A DNA stretch of 64,000 nt from IMG/VR virus record IMGVR_UViG_3300034280_001042, positions 27,972 to 91,971 of that record; one strand, given 5' to 3'. Shown piece after piece: positions 48,697-59,900 of the stretch. The translations under genes were made by a program, and so were the position numbers. The DNA is from a virus. How positions within the stretch are numbered: the stretch's first letter is position 1; every line of letters starts with the position of its first letter. Below the pieces are notes generated by a model. That model did not search any database. It was given only the letters and a program-made list of their open reading frames with translations, and was not told where the DNA came from.

Positions 48697-49026
48697 TTAT
48701 GAATTTATACTTAAAGGTAAGTAACTAGCATCACAACCAGTAAAGTCTGGACACTGTATTATCATGCTGGATGATCCGATTTTATTGTCTGTTAAGTTTG
48801 TTGTTGTTACTTCAAGAGTAACAATTGGTAAATCTGCATCTTTAGTTAAAAGTACGAATATATTTTGTTTGGTAGAAGCAGCGCTAAACGTAACCAGATA
48901 TTTATCTAAATAGGCTACAAGAGAATTATTACTAGGATTATTTATCTTAAATTCTACTTTGTATTCATGTGCTGGCACCAAATTTTGCATTTGAAGCTGT
49001 ATGCTATCTGTAGTTGTTAATGACAT
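48697..49026 (-). CDS. Small virion-type protein, single degenerate Ig/FN3-like repeat
   Basis: NLVPAHEYKVEF resembles the GLxPxxxYxYxF motif of its neighbours. Confidence 0.6.
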   Translation of the reverse strand: MSLTTTDSIQLQMQNLVPAHEYKVEFKINNPSNNSLVAYLDKYLVTFSAASTKQNIFVLLTKDADLPIVTLEVTTTNLTDNKIGSSSMIIQCPDFTGCDASYLPLSINS

Positions 49027-49049
49027 TTAAGTGGTTTCCTTAATTAAAA

Positions 49050-50552
49050 TTATGATACACAAATTCCGTCGCATTTAACAGCTAAAAAGTCAATTGTTTC
49101 AATGTCTGTATCGTCATGCTGTAAAACACAATTGATAATGACCTGTTGGGATTCTATGAGGTCAACACCCAATACCGTATTAATAGCCCCTCTACCATTG
49201 GCTCCAAAATATATAACACCGGTAATAGGACTAAAACTCACATTAGCTGATGCAGAATCGAATCTGTAATTGTATTTATCTCCTGGGACGGCTCCGCTAA
49301 CGTCTACCGTAATAGCTCTAACACCTGAACAGCATCCAGAATCTAATGTAATTTCTGGAGTATCTGAAAAATTAATGGTTGCGTAGGAAAAAGAAGGTAA
49401 ACAACCTGAGCAGCTAAGTGTAAACGGTATGCTTGTTTTTTCTGGGATATCACAAGTTTCTGGATTAACTTTTAATTTAATCGTTGTGCTTAACACGTTC
49501 TCTTTTAAAATTTTACTAGCACTATCATCAAAAGAATATGGTAATAGTCCCTCTGTTCCTGAGGGACAAATACTTTTTGGTGAACAAAACATCATTTTAG
49601 AAGATAGAGTATGAGTTCTTCCAGTAGAAGTAAATGATCCGGTGCGCGGGATCATAACAGTGGGCCAATTAGATGAGTCAGGGATATACTCATAAGTATA
49701 AGTTTCATTGGGCCTTAAACCAGAAAGCCAAGCGGTAACATCATACCTATTGGTATTTGCTGTTCTTAATACGGTATTATTTGGTAGAGTAACTGTTATG
49801 TTTGGTAAACAATTAGCGCAAGTAACAGTTAAATTATCGGTAAAAATAGTACCCACATTACATGTTAGTGGAGTTAGTTCAAATTTTACTTTTGAATACT
49901 GAGACGTTGATCCAAAAACACAACTATTATCTAAGCTATAGTTTCCTATTGTTTTATTAGCGCCACTACATATGCCAGATGTTGGACAAAAAGTTAAGTC
50001 TGTTAATAATGTTTCAGTATTATCTTTAGCAATAAATCGTCCTGACGTTTGGGATAAAGTAGAGGGCCAATTTGCTTCTATTCCAATAAATCTATAGCTA
50101 TAGGTTTGTTTTGGCACCAAACCATTAACAGAAGCAGCTATGGTGTAGGTATTATTACTTGTTATAGCGGCAGATGTGGGCATTGTGATATTAATTTTGG
50201 GTAAACAATCTTGACAAACTACTTCTACAATATCATCAAATACTATATTATTGGTATCATATTCTTTTAAGGAAAATGCCATATTACTATATAAGTTTAT
50301 AGGATCAGACTGGCATTCAATAATAGAATAGTCAAATACCCCATTCTCACCCAGCGGACATATTCCTGTGCTAGCACAAAAATGAACTTTTGTTTTAATA
50401 ACTTTTGACGTTAAGTTATTTGTTGAAATAACCCCTGTAGCTGGTGTTACTGTAGTAGGCCAATTGGCCCCAGCTCCGCTGAACTCATAAATATATTTAG
50501 AGTATGGCATTAAGCCACTAACGGTAATAAAAACGTTTTTAGTATTCAACAT
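49050..50552 (-). CDS. Cys-containing Ig/FN3-like repeat protein (about 4 repeats)
   Basis: Repeats of GLxPxxxYxYxF...NWP...FCxxxxxC...CxxCLP. Confidence 0.75.
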   Translation of the reverse strand: MLNTKNVFITVSGLMPYSKYIYEFSGAGANWPTTVTPATGVISTNNLTSKVIKTKVHFCASTGICPLGENGVFDYSIIECQSDPINLYSNMAFSLKEYDTNNIVFDDIVEVVCQDCLPKINITMPTSAAITSNNTYTIAASVNGLVPKQTYSYRFIGIEANWPSTLSQTSGRFIAKDNTETLLTDLTFCPTSGICSGANKTIGNYSLDNSCVFGSTSQYSKVKFELTPLTCNVGTIFTDNLTVTCANCLPNITVTLPNNTVLRTANTNRYDVTAWLSGLRPNETYTYEYIPDSSNWPTVMIPRTGSFTSTGRTHTLSSKMMFCSPKSICPSGTEGLLPYSFDDSASKILKENVLSTTIKLKVNPETCDIPEKTSIPFTLSCSGCLPSFSYATINFSDTPEITLDSGCCSGVRAITVDVSGAVPGDKYNYRFDSASANVSFSPITGVIYFGANGRGAINTVLGVDLIESQQVIINCVLQHDDTDIETIDFLAVKCDGICVS

Positions 50553-50572
50553 TATATTTCAATACCTTATAT

Positions 50573-51763
50573 TTAAGTAATTCTACTAGTTACTATTCTT
50601 GGATCAGATTTCGATAAACAATCATTACAATAAAGTATTAGTGTATCACTAGCATAGATTGTACCACAAGATAGTGATGTTAATTCTAATTGTAGATTTA
50701 CAAAAGGATCGTTATTAATCTTATTTGATGATACAGCGTCCAGTCTATAGTCTAATACACCCCTGGTACCAGATGCGCATACTCCAGTGCTTGAGCAAAA
50801 GAACATCTGAGAGCTTAGACTGGATGAAGAAGTTGACGACTGAAGTATTCCTGAGATAGGACTAATAAATACCGGCCAATTAGAACTTATACCCTTAAAT
50901 ATATAAGAATATTTTTTATTAGGCTCTATTCCACTAATAGTGGGCTCTAGTAATAATCCAGCAGCATTTTCTGATAAAGAAACAATCTTTTTTGTTGTTG
51001 GTAATATTTTTATATTAACAGAAGGTAAGCAGTCTTTGCAATAAATTGGAATAGGATTACTAACAACAGTTTCGGCTTCGCAGGATGCAGGGGGAACTAC
51101 CGATAATTGTATAATTGAATATAGGTTTTTTTCTAATAAACAACTACTAGTTGTTGAATAATCTAAGATATCATTACCGTTATTACATAAACCAGTACTG
51201 TTACAGAACATGACATTAGAAACAAGCGTCGTTCTATCTCTTGATGTTTTAATTGATCCAGATACTGGATTTATTTTTACTGGCCAATTAGCATCAATAC
51301 TCTCAAAATTATATGTGTAGGTTTCATTTGGTTGTAAACCAGCAATAACAGACGTTAAAGTATATTCATTACCTTGAATTTGATTCAATGTAACGCTTGT
51401 TGGAGTTGTGATACTAGGCTGAGGAAAACAATTAGCACAAGAAGCTACTAAAGTATTAGTATATAAGGTATGTGGAAAATTTTCAGGCTTTAAAGATAAT
51501 CTGAGAGTAGTAAATAAATCAGAAGTTGGTTCACAAAGATGATTGCTGTACGGAAGAATACCGCTAGAACCTGAGCAAGCAGTTTTAGCAGAACAGAAAT
51601 GAACTTTTCCTTCAAATATCATTGTACTACCATAAGGTCGTATTGAGCCGCTATACGGAGTAACAGTGCATGGCCAATTACCTCCCATACCTTCGAATTT
51701 ATAGTCGTATTTTTCAAAAGGTAATAATCCAGAAAGTTCTGTTTTAATATCTACATATGACAT
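50573..51763 (-). CDS. Cys-containing Ig/FN3-like repeat protein (3 repeats)
   Basis: Same repeat motif as 49050-50552. Confidence 0.75.
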   Translation of the reverse strand: MSYVDIKTELSGLLPFEKYDYKFEGMGGNWPCTVTPYSGSIRPYGSTMIFEGKVHFCSAKTACSGSSGILPYSNHLCEPTSDLFTTLRLSLKPENFPHTLYTNTLVASCANCFPQPSITTPTSVTLNQIQGNEYTLTSVIAGLQPNETYTYNFESIDANWPVKINPVSGSIKTSRDRTTLVSNVMFCNSTGLCNNGNDILDYSTTSSCLLEKNLYSIIQLSVVPPASCEAETVVSNPIPIYCKDCLPSVNIKILPTTKKIVSLSENAAGLLLEPTISGIEPNKKYSYIFKGISSNWPVFISPISGILQSSTSSSSLSSQMFFCSSTGVCASGTRGVLDYRLDAVSSNKINNDPFVNLQLELTSLSCGTIYASDTLILYCNDCLSKSDPRIVTSRIT

Positions 51764-51783
51764 ATTTGATACTCTTTCGAAAA

Positions 51784-53040
51784 TTAGGCTTGGTTAGCAG
51801 ATATAGTTAATGATGGAACCATTGTGTCACCCAAGCAATCTTGACAATAGACTGTGAGTCTATCGCTAATGCCTTGTTGAGTAGTTTCGTCTTCTGTATT
51901 TACTGAAAGTTCTAATGTTACAAATTTACCACAAGTATTATCAAATAAATATTGATAAGAATTTAAATCATAGTCTAATAAGCCCGGAGTTCCGCCGGTG
52001 CAAAGAATAGTTGACGGACAAAAAGCCAAACGACTTCTAATCTCTGCTGTTTTTTTGGAAGCCCTAAAAGTTCCTGTTGGCGGGGTTATAACTGCTGGCC
52101 AATTACCGATTACAGAACTAAATTCATAGTTATAAGTATGATTGGGAATCAATCCAGAAACTGTAGCTATAATATCTTGACAATAATTATTTTTCCCTGC
52201 TAAGGTTATTGGGTCCGTAGGTATATTCACCATAAGTTCTGGTAAGCAATCCTCGCATAATGCTGTAAACTGTTTTCCAAGTATTTCTGGACCATCGTAA
52301 GAAATTGGTTCAACAGATAACTGTATCGTGGTATGTAAATTATACATAGACTTGTTATATGCTGATCCTGTTTGGCTATTATCTAAAGTGTAGTCTATTA
52401 AGCCTTCTGAACCCGATACACAAACTCCTGTACTAACACAAAAGGTTAGAGTTGCATCTATAGAGGTTTGTGGTTCTGATGGTTTAATTATACCAGATAT
52501 TGAGTTAATAACCGTGGGCCAGTTAGAAGATACTGCTTTAAATTCATACTTATAGGTTTCTTGTGGTTCCAACTTATCTATAGACACAGAAAAAGTATGA
52601 ACATTACCCTGGTTTGGTCCTAATATAATAGAAGAAGGATTCACTATAACAGGAAGATTATATCTCTGTGTTCCATCATAGTCTACAAATCCCGGAACGG
52701 TTCCTCCGATTGTTGGAATTTTTAAGGGAAGATATGAAGTATCTCTAATTATAAAATAATAAGGTTCAGCAGATTGTAGTGTTCTTAAACTAGATTCTGC
52801 ACTAGGAGCATAAACATATTTAATGTGTCCTGCCGAATCAGTAGAAGAATTTCTTGTTGTCCAAAATGTAGGAATATTTCCAGTAGAATTTTGATTCCCA
52901 TAGATGGTACTAACAGCCTCTATAAATCTGTTATAGTCAGCTACTTCTGCCACACCAGTAATACTAGCCGGTTTGACCATTAAATTTAATGGTTCTTGTC
53001 CAGTATAGTTTGTAATACAGAATTGACTATTAATATTCAT
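51784..53040 (-). CDS. Cys-containing Ig/FN3-like repeat protein (2 repeats plus N-terminal domain)
   Basis: Same repeat motif as 49050-50552. Confidence 0.75.
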   Translation of the reverse strand: MNINSQFCITNYTGQEPLNLMVKPASITGVAEVADYNRFIEAVSTIYGNQNSTGNIPTFWTTRNSSTDSAGHIKYVYAPSAESSLRTLQSAEPYYFIIRDTSYLPLKIPTIGGTVPGFVDYDGTQRYNLPVIVNPSSIILGPNQGNVHTFSVSIDKLEPQETYKYEFKAVSSNWPTVINSISGIIKPSEPQTSIDATLTFCVSTGVCVSGSEGLIDYTLDNSQTGSAYNKSMYNLHTTIQLSVEPISYDGPEILGKQFTALCEDCLPELMVNIPTDPITLAGKNNYCQDIIATVSGLIPNHTYNYEFSSVIGNWPAVITPPTGTFRASKKTAEIRSRLAFCPSTILCTGGTPGLLDYDLNSYQYLFDNTCGKFVTLELSVNTEDETTQQGISDRLTVYCQDCLGDTMVPSLTISANQA

Positions 53041-53096
53041 ATAAAGCTCACGAAATTAAGATACTAAAAATTGAATACACCAATATAGACAACCGC

Positions 53097-53966
53097 TTAA
53101 TTAATACAATATTGATCATTATTAACCCGACCATTAGTATAAACCATAGCCAATGTTGGAATGTCTGTTTTCTGAGAATCCGTTGGTAGAACAGCCTGGT
53201 TTTTAGCCGGAACAACTACTGATATTGAATTATCATTCATATTTTCTCTAATAAATTGAATAATAACTTTATCGCTAGATTTATATGTCCAATTATTTGT
53301 TGAGTCTAATATAACATATTGTTGCTGAGTTTCTCTTCTCCTGAGAATATCTGGATCAATACAACTTGTTGTTCTAGTAAAGGTATAATTACCAGGAATC
53401 GGGTTTATACTTAAAGTATCTATTTTTTGAGACAGTTCTATGTCGTCATTGGAAATCTCTACAATATATGGATTAGTAGTAAGAACACCACCCGTAACAA
53501 CCATTCCTATATCTAAATCAAAAGTAGAGGATTCTTCTCCTTCTAATCTCATTATTGTCATTAATGATCCACCATTAAAACCTATATTATTTTGACCGGT
53601 CTTAAAGAAACCTTTTTTAGTTACAGACGTTTGTGGAGAACAAATAAGTTTAACGTAATCAACAAATAAAGTTTGATCAAATCTGTCTTTAATAGACATC
53701 TTAATCAAAGACTGTGTTTCTCCTCTGTGAATAGATACTACTTTAGATATGACTTTGGGAATAAAACTATTCGTACCACTCAAAACATAAGAAGATGGAG
53801 TTAACGAAACAGAACTAGGAGGTTCTGATGGCAATGAAGATTCGACAGTAAAATATATTAAATATTCTTCTTTTCTTTGTAAATTACCACTAGGATTCGG
53901 AAAATCCAGAGTAACTCCACATTCACATTCTTTCAAACTAAAATTAGAGATATTTAACACAATCAA
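53097..53966 (-). CDS. Hypothetical virion protein
   Basis: Likely TTG start at 53966 overlapping the upstream TGA; beta-rich. Confidence 0.55.
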   Translation of the reverse strand: MIVLNISNFSLKECECGVTLDFPNPSGNLQRKEEYLIYFTVESSLPSEPPSSVSLTPSSYVLSGTNSFIPKVISKVVSIHRGETQSLIKMSIKDRFDQTLFVDYVKLICSPQTSVTKKGFFKTGQNNIGFNGGSLMTIMRLEGEESSTFDLDIGMVVTGGVLTTNPYIVEISNDDIELSQKIDTLSINPIPGNYTFTRTTSCIDPDILRRRETQQQYVILDSTNNWTYKSSDKVIIQFIRENMNDNSISVVVPAKNQAVLPTDSQKTDIPTLAMVYTNGRVNNDQYCIN

Positions 53967-54520
53967 CCCCCTGTTGTTGACGAAGAACAAGATTGTTCAT
54001 AACACTTAATAGTTAAGAGTTTTTCAATTAATTTTCTACCTTCTGATAGTACTGTAAATTTAAATATACTAATATTATTTGTTTGACCGATAGTAAGATT
54101 AACAGGAATTAAAGCTTTTCTAAGAGTTATTGTTGGTTCTTTTGTAGATGCATATAGAGTATACTGAGGAGGAGATAAGATAATACTTCCAGCTGATGTA
54201 TTTTCTGTAAGTTCAGTAAATTCAAAGGAATATTCTTTGGGCGGAACTTTTAATTCAGACACATCAACAGTAAACATGTCTCCAGCACAGCAAAAATTAT
54301 TAAGACTATCAATAGCAAGAGTGCTACCGTAAAAAAAGTTAATAGTAGGAGCCGTATCAAAACAGACTTTCTGAGAATACCATTCCACCAGAGATCCGTC
54401 TACAAGTTTAGAATACAGTTTACCTGTTACAGAATTGATCACTAATTCTCCAACGTCCACCTGATTTGGGTGTGGATGAGACTCACTTTGATCGTCTCTT
54501 TTTAATAATAGTTTACTCAT
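53963..54520 (-). CDS. Tail-fibre-associated protein with fibre N-terminal attachment motif
   Basis: ATG at 54520 (ATGA overlap). LLLKR....P....VGELVIN..TGKLYSK resembles the common phage fibre N-terminal motif. Confidence 0.65.
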   Translation of the reverse strand: MSKLLLKRDDQSESHPHPNQVDVGELVINSVTGKLYSKLVDGSLVEWYSQKVCFDTAPTINFFYGSTLAIDSLNNFCCAGDMFTVDVSELKVPPKEYSFEFTELTENTSAGSIILSPPQYTLYASTKEPTITLRKALIPVNLTIGQTNNISIFKFTVLSEGRKLIEKLLTIKCYEQSCSSSTTGG

Positions 54521-56970
54521 GTGGAACAAACTCCTGTGAATAGTATGGACCCGAAATCCCAGTTGCTTAATACATCTTCTGATTTTTTCTTTTCTTCTTC
54601 TTCTAAGATACTATCTACAATAACATTACCAGTACTATAGACAAAGTTAAATGTTCCTTGACCAGAATCGTTTATTGCACTAATACGATATAAATAATTT
54701 ATTTCATTAGTCAAACCATAAATCATTTCGGAAGTATTGACGATTGGCGAGGACGGACTGTTGTAATAGACCCAACTCATGCCATTATTGTCGGATTCCT
54801 CTATGATATAACCAGAAATTTGAGAAAGACCTTCTGAATCTGGTTCTCTCCAAGAAAGTTCAATTTCTGAGCTATTTTCGCCAAAAAATCTAGTATACAC
54901 AAAGTCTTTTGGACTTTGGGGAACAGAATTATTGGATTGAACAGGCGATGATGGTAATGACCCTGAACTAACTCCAACAGAATTTTGGCTTTTAACTCTA
55001 AATAAATACTGAATAGATGTTTCGAGACCGATAATTGTGCAAGATTTCTGATCATTTGATCCTCTTAAAATTTGACCAGAAGGAACCTCTGTCCAGGTGT
55101 TACCATTATTTACAGAAAATTCTATTATATAGTTCACAACGGTACTACCACCGTCTTCTCCTGCAACCCACTTAATTGAAAATTCATTATTGCCTAATAT
55201 TAATATTTCAATGTTTATAGGCTTATCAGGAACTGTTGGATTTGTACGAGGTTGTCTTGAAACAATTTGTCCTGCAGCATTTAGTGTTAATAGAGCATTA
55301 GCGATATATTTACCAGAATTATCTGTACTCGGTCTGGGCGTTAAATAGATTTCTTCTGTTAAGATACTATTAGAGAATGTAACTCCACTAACGGTTAATG
55401 AAGAATAATTAGATAAGAAACCTAATCCACTAACAATACTAGAAATAGTATACGGCTTATTGGTATTAATACAAACTTTTGGAGTTTCATCAACAAGATA
55501 ACCACTAGGAATGGTTTTAGCTCTATCTAAATATTTTTGGAAAATAACACCAGAACCAATAGTTCCGCTTACAGCATTACTAATATTGGCATCGACCATA
55601 AAAGCGGGTGTAAGCCCTGATGGTATATTATTTGCGTTTAGACCAAAAATATTAGCTTCATAATTATCGTATTGTGAAAAATATTGTCCATAAATTAAAA
55701 AGTCAATATTTTCTGCCAACATATTAAAAGCTGTATGAATATTAGGTCTAATGCTAATAGTATTAGCGGTGCTAGGTTTAAATCTATATCCTGAATTTTC
55801 TGGAAAATCAGCACAAGCCCAAGGACCAGTAGCATCTGGTCCGAGTTGCATCGTAAGATATGCTCCTTTTTTAACAGAGAATGCGTATCCATTCTTATAA
55901 GCAATACTATTTGGATCGCTTTCCTCTACTAAAGAAGCACCAGGACAGATAGACATTGCATAGCCTTCATAAGATTCAGGAGGAGAACCTACATCTGTTA
56001 TTATTTGGCTTTCAAAAACTGGAGAAAATGATGTGTCAGGATCTGAATCGACATAAGGATAGGTTATGGTTAGAGCTGGTTTAATATACTCTGTTACAAG
56101 AGTTTCTGCGTCAATTAAGGCTATTGTATCGTTATTTCCAAATTCTTTTTCTAAAACAGCTAAATCAAAATCTTCATAATCATCATTATTAGATAATATA
56201 GCCCATTTGGGTTTTCTATTATAAAATATGATCCTATTATTTTCTATTCTGACAGCTCGTTTAGGATATCTGTTCCATAATGCTCCGTCTGCTTGAAGGT
56301 AGTCTGCTTTGATCCACTCTGCTGGAGCATCGGCTCCTTGATGTGTTAAAATAGTATTTTTATACTCATTACCACCAGTACCAATAATAATATTAGAAGT
56401 AAAAAAGTTTGCCCCACTTATGTTTACTTCGGCTGGCGTAGTAATAGAAGTGCCGCCTTCTCCAGGAATAGTAATTTGCGGAATAAGTTCTAGAGGTATA
56501 AATTGAGCTATTTCTCTAGTGGGACTATTTGGATTGCTCCCTGGACTTACATAAAAGGGATGTCCCACAATTCCACTAGGACTAGTTAATTTGTTGATTC
56601 CAGTATTATAAACGAAGTCTGGTATAGTATTAACCACATCATTTGTTTGCTTATATAATAACCCTCCGTTAGATCCATTATACAATGGAATAATCTGACC
56701 TTCGCTATCAATTCTGTTGTAAGTTTGAGCTAAAATAGAATTAACTCTTAGTCCACTAGCATCTACATAACCAGGAGTATTTAGAAATATACCACTACCA
56801 GCAGCTAAAGAAATCCAACCAGAAGAAGCGAAAGAAGTAGTATAAGAACCCCATTGGTTAGGAAAATTAGGAGTTATTAACTCTCCATCCTCATTACGAA
56901 AGCTATCCTTTTCGTAAGATTGAGAAACAACAACAGGCACTGGGCTATATCTTAGGTATATACTCGACAT
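54517..56970 (-). CDS. Tail fibre with two C-terminal fibronectin type III domains
   Basis: PDKP...IKW...DGGSTVVNYIIEFS...GL....YLFRVKSQNSVG and PQSP...LSW....G...ISGYIIE...GL....YLYRISAIN..G.G. Confidence 0.8.
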   Translation of the reverse strand: MSSIYLRYSPVPVVVSQSYEKDSFRNEDGELITPNFPNQWGSYTTSFASSGWISLAAGSGIFLNTPGYVDASGLRVNSILAQTYNRIDSEGQIIPLYNGSNGGLLYKQTNDVVNTIPDFVYNTGINKLTSPSGIVGHPFYVSPGSNPNSPTREIAQFIPLELIPQITIPGEGGTSITTPAEVNISGANFFTSNIIIGTGGNEYKNTILTHQGADAPAEWIKADYLQADGALWNRYPKRAVRIENNRIIFYNRKPKWAILSNNDDYEDFDLAVLEKEFGNNDTIALIDAETLVTEYIKPALTITYPYVDSDPDTSFSPVFESQIITDVGSPPESYEGYAMSICPGASLVEESDPNSIAYKNGYAFSVKKGAYLTMQLGPDATGPWACADFPENSGYRFKPSTANTISIRPNIHTAFNMLAENIDFLIYGQYFSQYDNYEANIFGLNANNIPSGLTPAFMVDANISNAVSGTIGSGVIFQKYLDRAKTIPSGYLVDETPKVCINTNKPYTISSIVSGLGFLSNYSSLTVSGVTFSNSILTEEIYLTPRPSTDNSGKYIANALLTLNAAGQIVSRQPRTNPTVPDKPINIEILILGNNEFSIKWVAGEDGGSTVVNYIIEFSVNNGNTWTEVPSGQILRGSNDQKSCTIIGLETSIQYLFRVKSQNSVGVSSGSLPSSPVQSNNSVPQSPKDFVYTRFFGENSSEIELSWREPDSEGLSQISGYIIEESDNNGMSWVYYNSPSSPIVNTSEMIYGLTNEINYLYRISAINDSGQGTFNFVYSTGNVIVDSILEEEEKKKSEDVLSNWDFGSILFTGVCST

Positions 56971-56994
56971 ATTAATTTAATCTCCACATTATTG

Positions 56995-59900
56995 TTAGCA
57001 TGTTCCTAATATTGTACATGGTAGTTCTCCTCCTCCAATGGCCTCTGTGCTACAATTGCTACACAAATCACATCTTGCCTGAGAAGCATTCCATCCTCCG
57101 GGTAAACAGCAGTCTGCCAAGCAGCATTCATCATTACTCGCAACACAAAGACCGCCAGAGCATACTTCACAAGTTTCACAGTCGGTATTTGAAGAACATA
57201 AAAATCCTGGATTAACTTCTCCTGTTCCTCCTCCCGTAGAAGGAAGCTCTCTACGAGGTATGGTAGACGAAGATCTTATGTTGTCTCCGACTATTAAATG
57301 GTCAACATATAACCAGCCACTTACACTGAGATTAGCTAAGAGCGTTTCCGAAGTAGCTGTACCAGAAACCACAGTATATGGTTCGTTTCGTTTCACAAGA
57401 ACTGTTGACGAGCCTGTTGTGATTACTCCCTCTCTTGGTTCAAAATATGCTGCTTTATGCCATTCGTTTAAGCTAGGAATCCAATATTTTTGATAAATAT
57501 TTTTATTAACTAGATAAGAAGCTTCTCCAATTGGAAAAATATCATAGGCCCCAAAATCTAAGATTGTATCTACATCAACAACATTAATTGTTGGAGCTCC
57601 ATTATGCAACCAATTAGTGAATCTGGTTACACTAAGATAGTCTACAAATACAACCGGCTTATTACCCATATTAGACTTAACAGTATACTCGTATGGATTG
57701 ATGGATCCGTCTCCACTTCTTAAAATGCCTCCAACTGGTTCAGTAGACATTTTTGTCTTATAAAGACCTCTATCATTAGCTGTTGCTACAGCGTTTAAAA
57801 ATATACAGTACTGATCATTTGTTATTTCGTATTTACCTATTCTATAGTTTTTATTTACAGAACCAAGATTTGGTAATTCAAATGCAATATATGAATCATC
57901 TTGTAAGAGATAAAATAATCCATCATCTGATATGTTATTTGGATTTGACACGGAAACGAAATTTATATCTAGATCGTCTGCTATGGTTGTTATATCTGTT
58001 AAGTTATATTGACTTGCCACTCTAAAACCAACGTGTTCATAACCACTTATTCTTGGTAATGACTCTATGTTCTTTAGTCCACTGGCACCAATAGTACCAT
58101 CAATCTCTGTTAACCAAGAACCACCAGCCACAAACTGTGAACCTCCAGTAGAAGTAGCACTAGCATCTTCTACCCATTCTGCTACGTTACCGTTTTGATC
58201 ATATGTACCATAAAAAGACGGTAAACCATTTGTTCCAACAGAGGTGAGCATTCCAGAAAAAATACCAGAGGCAGCTCTATTAAAATTAGCTGAGATATGT
58301 TGGGTACTAAGACCACTTCCTCCACTATTTACAACAATTGGAAAAGGAGCGATACTTGCATTTGGAGGATAATATAATACGCAAGGTTCGCATTGTGGTC
58401 TTTGACTAGCAAAAGGATGAAATAATCCAGATGGTACAGTACTTCTGCCAGAATTTGCTTTAACAGTTAATGCTGGTGTAGGATCCACACCGTATACTGA
58501 AAAATTAATATCTTTTTGCTTGGTATTAAATACGGTATCTGTTAATGGACGAATACTAAGAGTGTTGCTAGTAGCATCAGAAATATTCGGATCGTCTACT
58601 GTTTTAGATATGGATAAATATCCACCCTGACTAACAGATTGTATGGTTGCATTAGCAAATGAATCTGATGTTACGTTCTGATTAAGTAATAATGCTACTA
58701 TATTGTTATTATCTATTTCAATATCAGTAATATTCCGATAATATTTAGTTCCAGAAATATTTATTTCTACTTGGTCTCCGACGATAAATTCTTGGGCCGG
58801 AACTGCACTTGGAAATATAACTTGTCTAACAGCCACAGAACAAGACCTATCGTCATATTGATTCCATAGTACATCTCCATTGGTAAGGAAATAGTCTGTT
58901 GTACTATATATTCCTGTGATAGCTCCACTTGTTGTAGTGGTTAGTATCATGTTCTCTGTGATAGGCAATCGAACAGATCTACCAGCAGAGATATTTCCTG
59001 AACTATTAATACTTAAAATACTATCTTGTGAAATACCGTTGATCTTTATTCTGTTACTTTCAAGATTAGTAGCATATAATGTTGGAACAGTTATATTAGT
59101 CGCTACTCCTGTTCCAAGAACAATATTGCTAGAATTTAAGTTAATTGTTGGCGCTTGTATAGTAATAGCATTACTAGTAGAAATAACTTTACTATTACTA
59201 TAACCCAAGCTAGCTGATCCACCATTGTTTACTGTTAAATTAACCCCACTATATCCAATCATAGTAGTATCTGGATCTGTGGATATAGTTTGGATTCCAG
59301 TACCAGCAGCATCCGTTGTTGCTACAACAATATTAAACTGACCTTTTGAAGTTCCAGCAGTATTATCTATGGCTTTTGATTGTATAGTAGAAAAATCTGT
59401 TTGGTTGCCTAATGAGTTTTTTGCAGATAGGTTGATTTCTGCTACTACGGAGTTAGCTGTTATTGCTGAAACGGGCTTATGGTATAGTGTTATGTTAGCT
59501 GGGTGGCAAGATGTTCTATTTTCTAGTCTAATACCCTCTCTGCAAGTTGTATTAACTATATGGAAAATAGTATCAGGGGTACTTCCAGAGGGAATATTAA
59601 GTCCAAGTCTTCCTCGATAATCAAAAAATAGATTTCTAGTACCGCTTCCTTCTACAATAAAATTACTATTAGCATTATCATTATTAAATACCGTATTAGC
59701 AGAACCAGAGACTGGAATAATATGGTGGGCACTAGTTTCAACATCGTCTCCGAATAGAACCTTATTACCCGAACCGTAATATAATTCTGCTCCTCCAATA
59801 TTATTACTTCCTGTATTATATTGAAAAGATAACGTTGGACTAGCATTAATCCCAGACATCGCACTAAACATCAAATCATCAGACGATAGAGATTTAAGCT

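Noticed and set aside
57430-58250. Diversity-generating retroelement
   Set aside because: The fold is a known DGR target, but no reverse transcriptase or template repeat is visible in this window.
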